A stretch of 64,000 nt of DNA from Clostridia bacterium (lineage in GTDB: Bacteria; Bacillota; Clostridia; UBA1381; UMGS1253), in assembly GCA_045652745.1 (NCBI GenBank), contig JAZRUW010000012.1, forward strand, positions 2,089 through 66,088, given 5' to 3'. This document shows, in pieces, positions 35,597 to 43,839 of the stretch. The notes below the pieces were generated by a model. The model searched no databases. It was not told where the DNA came from and was given only the letters and a program-made list of their open reading frames with translations. Each line of letters opens with the position of its first letter. The first letter of the stretch is position 1. The position numbers and the translations under genes were made by a program.

Positions 35597-38500
35597 CCAG
35601 GAAAAAGCGATAACCTTGCGCGATTGTAACGTGCTGGTTGCCGCGGCGGCCGGCTCGGGTAAAACGGCTGTATTGGTAGAGCGTATTATCCAACTGATCA
35701 CCGACCCCGAAAAACCGACCGATATAGACAGAATGCTGATTACCACCTTTACGGAGGCGGCGGCATCGAAAATGAAATATGAGATTGCGCAGGCATTGGA
35801 AAAGCGTCTGGAGGTTACGCCGGATGACAAAAATCTTTCTCGCCAGCTTGTGCTTTTAGATAATGCGAAAATTTGCACGGTACATGCTTTTTGTATGCGA
35901 TTGGTACGTGCAGGCTTTCAAAGCCTGGATATTGAGCCGGATTTCGGTATCGGTGACGACGGAGAAATGAAGTTATTGTTAAATAAATCCGTAGATGCGT
36001 TGTTTGAAGAACTCTATGAAAACGGCGACGCAGGTTTTCTGGATTTGATGGAAAGTTATGCGACGGCGCGCAGCGACAGCGGACTGCGTGAGATTTTGCT
36101 GGCGCTGTATCGGTTTGCATCCAGTCTGCCGTTTAAGGATAGTTATTTTGATGATGCAAATGCGCTGTATACGGTCGAGCAAGCCGAGTCGCATCCGTGG
36201 TTTGTGCAGATTGCGCAGATGTCGGTTTTGCGCTTGCAAAGCTGCATCGTGCAGATGCGCCGTTTGCATGCAAGTGCGCTTTTGTATGACGGCATGGTGA
36301 AATATGCCGCCGCGCTCGAAGAAGAGATTGCGCATCTTTGCCATATAGAAACGGTGCTTCAAAAAGGAGAATTCGAGCGCGCGGGTGCTTTGGCGCGCAG
36401 TTTTGCACCGGCTTCCCCGCGTGTGGTCAAGGGCGATGTGTCCGACCTTTTAAAAATGCAAATCAGCGAGGTGCGCAAAACGGCAAAAGAGCTGACGCAG
36501 GAAATCGGGGACAGTTGTTTTCCGGAGGATACGGCGCGTGTGTTTGCGGATTTGCGTGCCTGCGGCGAAAAGGGCGAAACCATCAGCCGTATGGTACTGC
36601 GCTTAGATGAACTGTTTACCGAGGAGAAAAAGCGCCGCGGTGTACTGGATTTTTCGGATTTGGAGCATCTGGCGGTGCGCCTGCTGTGCCATAAAGATGA
36701 CGAAGGCAACATCGTACAAAGTGCGCAGGCCAAGGAAATTGCCGAAGGACTTGACTATATTTTGGTCGATGAATTTCAAGATACCAACGAATTGCAGGAA
36801 ACGATATTTACGATGATTTCGCGCGGCGACAATCTGTTTATGGTCGGCGATGTCAAGCAGAGTATTTACCGGTTTCGCCATACGAATCCATATATTTTCA
36901 AATCGAAAAAGGATACATACAGTGACGATGACGGCATCAACCGCCGCGTCATTATGTCGAAAAACTTCCGTAGCCGTGACAGCGTGATTGCCGGTGTCAA
37001 CTGTGTGTTTGAACGAGTGGCCAGCGAGCAGGTTGGCGAAATCACCTATGATGAAACAGAGCGGCTCAATGCGGCCTTTCCGTATCCGCCGGCAGACGGA
37101 AAAACGTGCGGCGGCAAGACGGAAATTTTAATCGGCACGGGTGCGCGCGAAGATATGAGCGAAGACGAACTTGAAGCGCATATGATTGCACAGCGCATTG
37201 TCAAGCTTTTAAGCGAGGGCTACATGCTCTATGATGCTAAAAAGCAACAGATGCGCCCTGCTACGTATAAAGACATTGTGCTTTTGATGCGTTCGTACAG
37301 GTTCAGCGCACCGACTTATGTCAAGGTACTCGAAAGCTACGGCATCCCGTGTTATGCGGATTCCGGCGGCGGGTATTTTGAAAACAACGAAGTGACGTTT
37401 ATGCTTTCGCTTTTAAAAGTCATCGACAATCCGTATCAGGATATTGAACTGATTGCGATGTTGCGCGGTGTGCTTTTCGGCTTTGACGAAAATGAGCTTC
37501 TTAAAATCCGTCTGGCGGACAAGCAGGCGCCGTTTTTCGATTGCGTGCGCAAATGCGCGGGCGGGGAGGATGCGCTCGCCGAAAAGTGCAAACATTTTGT
37601 TGATAAACTGTCCGTATGGCGCGGTTATGTGCGCTATATGTCTACATATGAGTTAATCGGCGCTCTGTATCGCGAAACGGATTACGATTTGTTTGCGCTC
37701 GGACAGCCGGGCGGTGAATACAGAAGAGAAAATCTGAATATGTTATTTGAAAGAGCGCGTGCGTTTGATTCCACGGGCTTTAAGGGTTTGTTTAACTTTA
37801 TTACCTATGTGGACGGCCTGCGCGATGCGCAGACGGGCGACGGGGATGCAAAACTTATTTCCGAAACACAGGACGTTGTGCGCATTATGAGTATTCACAA
37901 AAGTAAGGGTCTGGAGTTCGGCGTGGTCTTTTTGGCGCACGCGACGAAGGCATTTAATATGCGCGATTTAAATTCGGTACTGTTGATGCACAAAACACTC
38001 GGTCTTGGTTTTGATGTGGTGGACAAGGAAAACTGCTACAAATACCCAAGTGTGGCAAAACTGGCCATTCGCGAAAAACTGCGTATGGAGAATTTGAGCG
38101 AGGAACTGCGTATTTTGTATGTAGGCATGACCCGTGCACGCGAAAAACTGATTGTGACGGGTGTGAAAGAAAAGTTTGAATTTGAAGCGTATAGTGTGGA
38201 AAATGAAAACGGCGTATTGCCGCTGTTTGTTCCGGCAACGGCGAACTGCTATATGGATTGGATTTTGCCCGCGATGCTGATGCGGACAAACGGCGTAAGT
38301 GACGCAAGTGTTTGGGAAGACAATCATATTGTAACCGAATTGTTTGAGGCGCGCACCTTTACGCAGAGTGCGCTGGAAAAAGAGGCGAAAAAGGGCGCAG
38401 ATGCGCCGTCTGAACCTCCGAAACCCGATGCAGTCGAGGTGGACAAAGCGGAAAAGGTGCTTGCATACGCATACCCGTATCTGGCCGACACAACCTTGCC

Positions 38501-39134
38501 GAGCAAGGTGTCTGTCACGGAGGTAAAGCGTATGGCCGAGTTGGAAACAGACCCCGAGGCCGTGGGTTGGTACGATGCGGGTACGCTTGCAGAGCCGCAG
38601 TTTGACGAGCCGAAAGAAATTGTCGGTGCGGCGCGCGGCACGGTGGTGCATTTTGTGATGCAGCATATAGATTTTGCGCAGGGAACGGATGCAAAATCCG
38701 TTGCGGCGCAAATTCGGAAAATGCAGGAAGATGGTCTTTTGAACGCAGCGGAGGCCGCGGCGGTATCGCCTGCGGCAATTGCGGAATTTTTCGCATCGCC
38801 GCTCGGGTGCAGGATGGTTGCAAGTGCTCATGTAGAGCGCGAGTTTCCGTTTGAAATTCAGGTGCCTGCCGCCGACCTTTTTAAGACATACACAGGGGAC
38901 TGTCCTTTGCTTTTGCAGGGAATCATCGACTGCTTCTTTGAAGAGGACGGCGAGGTTGTTTTGGTCGATTACAAAACCGACCGTGCCACAAATGATGCAG
39001 AGATTGCGGACATCCGCGCACGTTATGCGGTGCAGCTTCAATATTATGCGCAGGCGATTGAACAAATTACGGGCAAGCATGTGAAAGAGAAATATTTATA
39101 TCTGTTTTCGGCACGGCGCGCCGTAGAGATGTAA
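35580..39134 (+). CDS. addA: helicase-exonuclease AddAB, subunit A (UvrD-type helicase plus nuclease)
   Basis: [36 protein letters not shown], then DEFQDTN, then C-terminal ..[23 protein letters not shown]. It overlaps the addB stop by 17 nt. Confidence 0.9.
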   Translation: [1184 protein letters not shown]

Positions 39135-39149
39135 CGGGAGTGAACAGTT

Positions 39150-39509
39150 ATGATTCGAAACGGAATTTACAGTACGAATGTGAAAAAGGAAAAACCGGTC
39201 GCACGTATTCTGGCAACGGTATTCGGCATTCTGGTCGGGCTTTTGCTCATTTTTATAATTTGGTGTGCGGCAACATTTTCGGGCGAAGATGCGGCATATG
39301 TGCCGCAGGCTGAGCAAATCAGCGCGCTTAAAGTGCAAGTGGAAACGCAGACGCAGACCATTGATGATTTGCGCGCCGGAATTACGGATTTGAAAAATCA
39401 GTTGGAGGAAGAAAAGCGCAAAACCGCAGAGTTGGTGCGCCCGGAAGAGCCGCCGGCCGATGAAACGGACCAGCCGATTTCGGGTGAAAATGTGGAAGAA
39501 AATGAATAA
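39150..39509 (+). CDS. hypothetical membrane-anchored coiled-coil protein
   Basis: One TM helix (ILATVFGILVGLLLIFIIW), then a heptad-like, acidic tail. Confidence 0.5.
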   Translation: MIRNGIYSTNVKKEKPVARILATVFGILVGLLLIFIIWCAATFSGEDAAYVPQAEQISALKVQVETQTQTIDDLRAGITDLKNQLEEEKRKTAELVRPEEPPADETDQPISGENVEENE

Positions 39510-39515
39510 AAAAAT

Positions 39516-39550
39516 CGGCGTAGCCAAACACATGGTTGCGCCGTTTTTTT
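39516..39550 (+). terminator. rho-independent terminator
   Basis: cggcgtagcc-N8-ggttgcgccg followed by ttttttt. Confidence 0.6.
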
Positions 39551-39601
39551 ATTCTTCAATCCGTTTAAATCTTTTCAGTGAAGAGAAAATAGGTAAAAAG
39601 T

Positions 39602-39631
39602 AAAACTGACAAGTCGAAACTTGTCAGTTTT
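39602..39631. terminator. bidirectional terminator hairpin abutting the tRNA 3'-end fragment
   Basis: aaaactgacaag-tcgaaa-cttgtcagtttt. Confidence 0.6.
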
Positions 39632-39648
39632 GGCGGAGAAGGAGGGAT
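39631..39648 (-). repeat. 18-nt exact duplicate of the tRNA-Ser 3' end (att-like scar)
   Basis: tggcggagaaggagggat at 39631-39648 is identical to 39844-39861 (T-arm 3' strand, acceptor 3' strand and CCA). Identity stops at the next base. Confidence 0.8.
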
Positions 39649-39802
39649 ACTCTGTGCACTCGTTTTTTCGACCGCTTCGGGCGGTTCCCGAAAAAACTTC
39701 GGTGCTCGAGACTACGCAGATTGCAAAGCCGGTCGCGGCTCTGACAGTCCACCGGACTGTCATTCACTACCGCTCCTTCGAATCCCATCCAAAAACTTCC
39801 TA

Positions 39803-39840
39803 CAACAACAAAAGGCACCCACAAAGTGGATGCCTTTTAT
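39803..39840 (-). terminator. terminator immediately downstream of tRNA-Ser
   Basis: On the minus strand: aaaggcatccac-ttt-gtgggtgccttt, then ttgttgttg. Confidence 0.6.
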
Positions 39841-39843
39841 TAT

Positions 39844-39935
39844 TGGCGGAGAAGGAGGGATTCGAACCCTCGAACCGCTTTTGACGGTTACACGATTTCC
39901 AATCGTGCGCGCTCGACCAGCTACGCGACTTCTCC
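39844..39935 (-). tRNA. tRNA-Ser (anticodon GGA), class II with long variable arm, encoded CCA
   Basis: The reverse complement folds by hand. Acceptor GGAGAAG/CTTCTCC. D-arm GCGT..GCGC with a GG loop. Anticodon stem CACGA/TCGTG with loop TTGGAAA. Variable arm AACCGTCAAAAGCGGTT. T-arm GAGGG-TTCGAAT-CCCTC. Ends in GCCA. Length 92 nt. Confidence 0.9.
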
Positions 39936-39964
39936 ATTTATGTCGTCTTTTCGTCAACGCACAT

Positions 39965-39994
39965 TAGTTTACCACAAAAAATTTAACGTGTCAA
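39965..39994 (-). promoter_or_regulatory. candidate promoter of tRNA-Ser
   Basis: On the minus strand: TTGACA (39994-39989), 18-nt spacer, TGgTAAACT (-10 hexamer at 39970-39965). Confidence 0.5.
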
Positions 39995-40053
39995 TATATT
40001 TTTCAATTTTTTCGTAAAGACGTGGAGTTTTGCAAGCAAATTCAACCCAACAC

Positions 40054-40124
40054 CGTAGGGCAGGGGCTTGCTCCTGCCGTGCGTTTATGCGATATTCGCG
40101 GGCGATTCGTGAATCGCCCCTACG
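40054..40124. repeat. GC-rich composite hairpin (REP-like) element
   Basis: cgtaggg ... ccctacg outer arms enclose two hairpins: ggcagg-ggcttgct-cctgcc and gggcgattc-gtg-aatcgccc. It also contains another TGCGATAT motif at 40088-40095. Confidence 0.5.
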
Positions 40125-40303
40125 CACAAATTTAAAATGGAGAAAATAATGATGTACAAAACTACAAACACCACATGGTCCACGACATTTCCGCTGGACA
40201 AATCAAGAAAAAAGGATTATACTGAACGCACAAGAACACAGCTCAATTTATCGGCTTTTGATGATATGCAATACTTATTAGGCTTATAAAGGAGCATATA
40301 AAA

Positions 40304-40669
40304 ATGAAAAAAATTTTTAAGGTTATATGTATCTTAGGATTAATTGTTTTCGCTTTTTGGGGAAGCAGTATGCTCAAATGCGAATATCTTACCTCGCGAC
40401 ACGGTCACGAGTTCAACTTTTCGGTTGTAACAAAAGAAAACACTATGATTTCTGAGCCGGAATGGGTTAAAATTCTTTCATACAATCCTAACAACGCGAA
40501 AGTTTACTACATTGAGAAGAATTTTTCGGTCGGACATATATTTGCATTCAAAAAAGAACAAGGTCAATGGAAATATGACGGGTGGGAAAAGACGGTCTGG
40601 TCTTCTCTCGGCGGCTCTGCCGATGATGATGTGTGGCCTTATTTTTGGCATAGCTTTAAATACAGATAG
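40304..40669 (+). CDS. hypothetical secreted/membrane-anchored protein
   Basis: AAAGGAG RBS. N-terminal signal/anchor MKKIFKVICILGLIVFAFWG. AT-rich. No family recognised. Confidence 0.5.
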   Translation: MKKIFKVICILGLIVFAFWGSSMLKCEYLTSRHGHEFNFSVVTKENTMISEPEWVKILSYNPNNAKVYYIEKNFSVGHIFAFKKEQGQWKYDGWEKTVWSSLGGSADDDVWPYFWHSFKYR

Positions 40670-40831
40670 CCTTAAGATTTGCATGCTATAACAAGGTAGT
40701 TCTGTTTCAAATCAAACATATTAACGAAAGCGGCAGTTTTTACTGCTCCTTTTTGTATGCACACAATGTTATTGCGAAAAAGACGTTTTCATAGTATAAT
40801 GATGGCAGAAACATTTGGGAGGGGAACGCTT

Positions 40832-42088
40832 ATGAAAAAGAAAGTATTGGCCATAGCTTTGGGTGTGTTGCTTCTTGTTTTCTGCATCGGCTTGACTGCT
40901 TTTGCGGCGGCGCCGGAAGATGTTGTGGTCAGCTTGCAGATAGATAATCCCATTATGGAAGTCAATGGCGTACAAACCGAGATTGACCCGGGCAGGACGA
41001 CCGCGCCGGTTGTCCATAACGGCAGAACGCTTGTGCCGATTCGGGCGATTGTGGAGGCGTTCGGCGGCACGGTCGGTTGGAATGGTGATACACAAACCGT
41101 AATACTGACAATGGAAGAAGATGTTATACATCTTACCATTGACAATACCGTGGCGCAGCTTAACCATCAGGCAATGGCGCTCGATGTTGCGCCGACGGTG
41201 ATTAACGAACGCACTATGCTTCCTGTTCGCTTTGTTGCCGAAGGTTTTAATTTGGGCGTGGCGTGGGAAGAGGAAACGCGCACGGTTTCGGTCATCCGCA
41301 ACGGATTTGACGAGGCGGAATATGCGCTCGTCAAAAGTCTGGTGCCAGCGTATAGCGGGCAGGCGCATGTGCAACTTAACGGCAACAAACCGTTTTTTAA
41401 GGACTATGAACTGATAGAAGGCTCTTTTGAGTTTTATGCAAAATTGGATGATCTGGGGCGCTGTGATGCTGCGATGGCCTCGGTTGGCGCGGATTTGATG
41501 CCGACGGGGGAGAGAGAAAGCATTAGTTCGGTCACACCGACAGGTTGGATCAATGCAAGTTACGATGTGATATCCGGCGGTTATCTTTATAACCGATGCC
41601 ATTTAATCGGCTATCAGTTAACCGGTGAAAATGCCAATGCACGAAACTTAATTACGGGCACGCGCTATTTAAATATAGACGGGATGTTGCCGTTTGAAAA
41701 TTTGATTGATGCTTATGTGGAGCGTACGGATAACAATGTGGTGTACCGTGTTACGCCGGTGTTTTCGGGCAATAATCTTGTGGCTGACGGCGTGCTTTTG
41801 GAGGCGTACTCGGTAGAAGACAACGGTGCCGGCATTGCGTTTTGCGTGTATTGCTACAATGTGCAACCGTATATAACCATTGATTATGCTACGGGTGCAA
41901 GTGCGCTTGCAGGCGGAAGTCTGCAGCCGTCCGTCCCGCAGGAAAACAAAGCTTCGTCGGTATACAGGACGCCGTCGGGCAAGCGGTATCATCTTGATGC
42001 AGACTGCGGCGGTAAAAACAGTTATAAAACGACATTGCGGGAGGCAACTGCCGCAGGCCTGACACCGTGTGCGAAATGTGCAAAGTAA
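40832..42088 (+). CDS. secreted DNA/RNA non-specific (DNA-entry-type) nuclease with N-terminal copper-amine-oxidase-like domain and C-terminal Cys motif
   Basis: Signal peptide MKKKVLAIALGVLLLVF... Stalk domain ..HNGRTLVPIRAIVEAFGGTVGWNGDTQTV.. / ..INERTMLPVRFVAEGFNLGVAWEE... Nuclease core ..GGYLYNRCHLIGYQLTGENANARNLITGTRYLN..VVYRVTPVF... C-terminal YRTPSGKRYHLDADCGG..LTPCAKCAK. Confidence 0.75.
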   Translation: MKKKVLAIALGVLLLVFCIGLTAFAAAPEDVVVSLQIDNPIMEVNGVQTEIDPGRTTAPVVHNGRTLVPIRAIVEAFGGTVGWNGDTQTVILTMEEDVIHLTIDNTVAQLNHQAMALDVAPTVINERTMLPVRFVAEGFNLGVAWEEETRTVSVIRNGFDEAEYALVKSLVPAYSGQAHVQLNGNKPFFKDYELIEGSFEFYAKLDDLGRCDAAMASVGADLMPTGERESISSVTPTGWINASYDVISGGYLYNRCHLIGYQLTGENANARNLITGTRYLNIDGMLPFENLIDAYVERTDNNVVYRVTPVFSGNNLVADGVLLEAYSVEDNGAGIAFCVYCYNVQPYITIDYATGASALAGGSLQPSVPQENKASSVYRTPSGKRYHLDADCGGKNSYKTTLREATAAGLTPCAKCAK

Positions 42089-42170
42089 AAAACCATACGG
42101 CAATTTCGTGACTTTACATGTCTTGCCGGTATAGGATACAATATTTACAAATAAGCAATTGGGGGAAGAA

Positions 42171-42779
42171 ATGATGTACATTATACATAAAACAGCAACG
42201 CCGGTCGCGGATATGCATGCACCGGAATGGGAAAAGGCCGAGCTTGCGGAAGTGGCAACGCTAAACTGGCCGGAATTGTACGACTTTAATCCGGGGATGC
42301 AGGCGCGTATTTTATACAGCGATTTCGGTTTGCATGTGAAATTCACTACACAGGAAAAGCCTCTTCTGGCGAGAGCGACGGAGCAAAACGGAGAAATCTA
42401 CAAGGACAGCTGTATGGAGTTTTTCTTCAGACCAAAGGCGGATGACCCCCGCTACATCAATTTTGAAATCAATCCGTTCGCTACGATGTATCTTGCAATT
42501 CGTACCGGCCGCAAAGACGCTGCATTTCCGGCAGAGGATAAAAAGTATTTTGGCATTGTCAGCGAGGTAGAGGACGGTGCGTGGAGCCTGATGTTTACCG
42601 TGCCGTTTGAATTTATTGACCGCAATTTCGGCGGTATCGACAAAACGTTTTACGGCAATATCTATAAGTGCGGCAATGAAACCGTACATAAACACTATGT
42701 AACCTATTATCCGATGAACATCAATCCGCCAGATTTCCACCGTCCGGATTGCTTCGGGCCGTTTGTATTGGAGGCATAA
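42171..42779 (+). CDS. carbohydrate-binding family 9-like (DOMON-like) cytoplasmic protein
   Basis: ..APEWEKAELAEV..ARILYSDFGLHVKF..EIYKDSCMEFFFRP..YINFEINP.. fits the CBM9-like pattern. No signal peptide. Confidence 0.5.
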   Translation: MMYIIHKTATPVADMHAPEWEKAELAEVATLNWPELYDFNPGMQARILYSDFGLHVKFTTQEKPLLARATEQNGEIYKDSCMEFFFRPKADDPRYINFEINPFATMYLAIRTGRKDAAFPAEDKKYFGIVSEVEDGAWSLMFTVPFEFIDRNFGGIDKTFYGNIYKCGNETVHKHYVTYYPMNINPPDFHRPDCFGPFVLEA

Positions 42780-43059
42780 GCATATGTGTCAGTATCCGAA
42801 CATCGCCTTAAATGGTAAAAATCATATTTTTCTGCGTTGTAGAGCTTGAAATACGCGAGTATTCCTTCGCTCTTCAGCCTTGAAAAATTATAATTTTTTC
42901 GCATTTAAGGTCAGTATTGATTTTTGTCAGGCATTTTTCAGGCGATGCAAGGCAAAAACGGAGCGAATACTGTCGTATTTGCGAGTATTTTAACACAGCA
43001 GCGGCGAAAAATTCCGACAAAAACGGGTTCGGATACTAACGCATCTGCTTAAGCATATG
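42777..43059. repeat. Intergenic element bounded by inverted repeats, copy 2 (about 280 bp), flanked by a 10-bp direct repeat
   Basis: Arms 42779-42802 aagcatatgtgtcagtatccgaac and 43027-43050 gttcggatactaacgcatctgctt match at 21 of 24 positions. TAAGCATATG occurs at 42777-42786 and 43050-43059. It shares internal blocks with 5141..5447. Confidence 0.65.
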
Positions 43060-43118
43060 AAACGGATTTTTTTGGACCGCCCGACCGCGGACTGTTCAAA
43101 ACGCGTGAGGTGAATTAG

Positions 43119-43796
43119 ATGCAAGAAAAGAGAAAAATCGCACTGCTTTGTGCGGCGGTGCTCGTGTGCTGTATTTTGATGGCACTTGTGGACGGCGTAT
43201 GGCAGCCGCACTATTTTGTCAAATCTGCAATCAAACTGGTGTTGTTTTTGTTGGTGCCCGTTTTATATGCACGCACGAATAAAACATTACGGCTCGGCGA
43301 GATGTTTCGCATAGAGAAAAAGGGATTGGCATTTGCGCTGGCGCTCGGCGTTGCGGTTTATGCGGTGATTCTGGGCGGTTATTTTCTGTTGCGCGGGGTA
43401 TTTGATTTTTCCAATATTACAAATTCGCTGACAGCAGGCATTGGTGTGCATAAAGAAAATTTTGTGTATGTCGCGTTGTATATCTCTTTTGTCAATTCAC
43501 TTTTGGAGGAATTCTTTTTCCGCGGCTTTGCGTTTCTGGGACTTAGAAAAATTGCGGGACTGCGGTTTGCATATTTGCTCAGTGCAGGTGCATTTGCTGT
43601 ATACCATGTGGCGATGATGCTCGGCTGGTTTTCGCCGATGGCCTTCGTTTTGGTGATGGCGGGATTGTTTGCCGGCGGTTTGATTTTTAACGCGCTTAAT
43701 GCAAAATGGGGCTCGGTGTACCCGTCGTGGCTGATGCATATGTTTGCAAATTTTGCCATCAATACGGTCGGGTTTATTCTGTTTGGAATTTTATGA
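43119..43796 (+). CDS. CPBP-family intramembrane glutamic endopeptidase (CAAX protease/Abi-like)
   Basis: Polytopic. Motif 1 is SLLEEFFFRGFAF. Later AVYHV and HMFANFAIN histidine motifs follow. Confidence 0.8.
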   Translation: MQEKRKIALLCAAVLVCCILMALVDGVWQPHYFVKSAIKLVLFLLVPVLYARTNKTLRLGEMFRIEKKGLAFALALGVAVYAVILGGYFLLRGVFDFSNITNSLTAGIGVHKENFVYVALYISFVNSLLEEFFFRGFAFLGLRKIAGLRFAYLLSAGAFAVYHVAMMLGWFSPMAFVLVMAGLFAGGLIFNALNAKWGSVYPSWLMHMFANFAINTVGFILFGIL

Positions 43797-43804
43797 AAAA
43801 ATGC

Positions 43805-43833
43805 TTGACAAGACAGTCAGAGTATGCTATATT
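43805..43833 (+). promoter_or_regulatory. sigma-A promoter of the T-box operon
   Basis: TTGACA (43805-43810), 17-nt spacer, TGcTATATT (43825-43833). Confidence 0.65.
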
Positions 43834-43839
43834 TATCTC

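Noticed and set aside
39631-39810. A second tRNA, tmRNA or tRNA-like gene ending in ..CTCCTTCTCCGCCA.
   Set aside because: Only the last 18 nt match the tRNA. No 5' acceptor strand (GGAGAAG), D-arm, anticodon arm or intact T-arm can be folded, and the length does not fit tRNA or tmRNA. It is kept as an att-like scar in the findings.
39621-39884. 87-aa plus-strand ORF (..LAEKEGY.. / ..LAEKEGF..).
   Set aside because: It runs across the tRNA-Ser gene and the duplicated tRNA end. The repeated peptide motif is just the translated tRNA repeat.
40137-40289. 50-codon ORF (MEKIMMYKTTNTTWSTTFPLDK...) ending at the RBS of the 121-aa gene.
   Set aside because: It has no RBS and no recognisable motif, and it lies in AT-rich DNA where such ORFs arise by chance. 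It cannot be supported from sequence alone.
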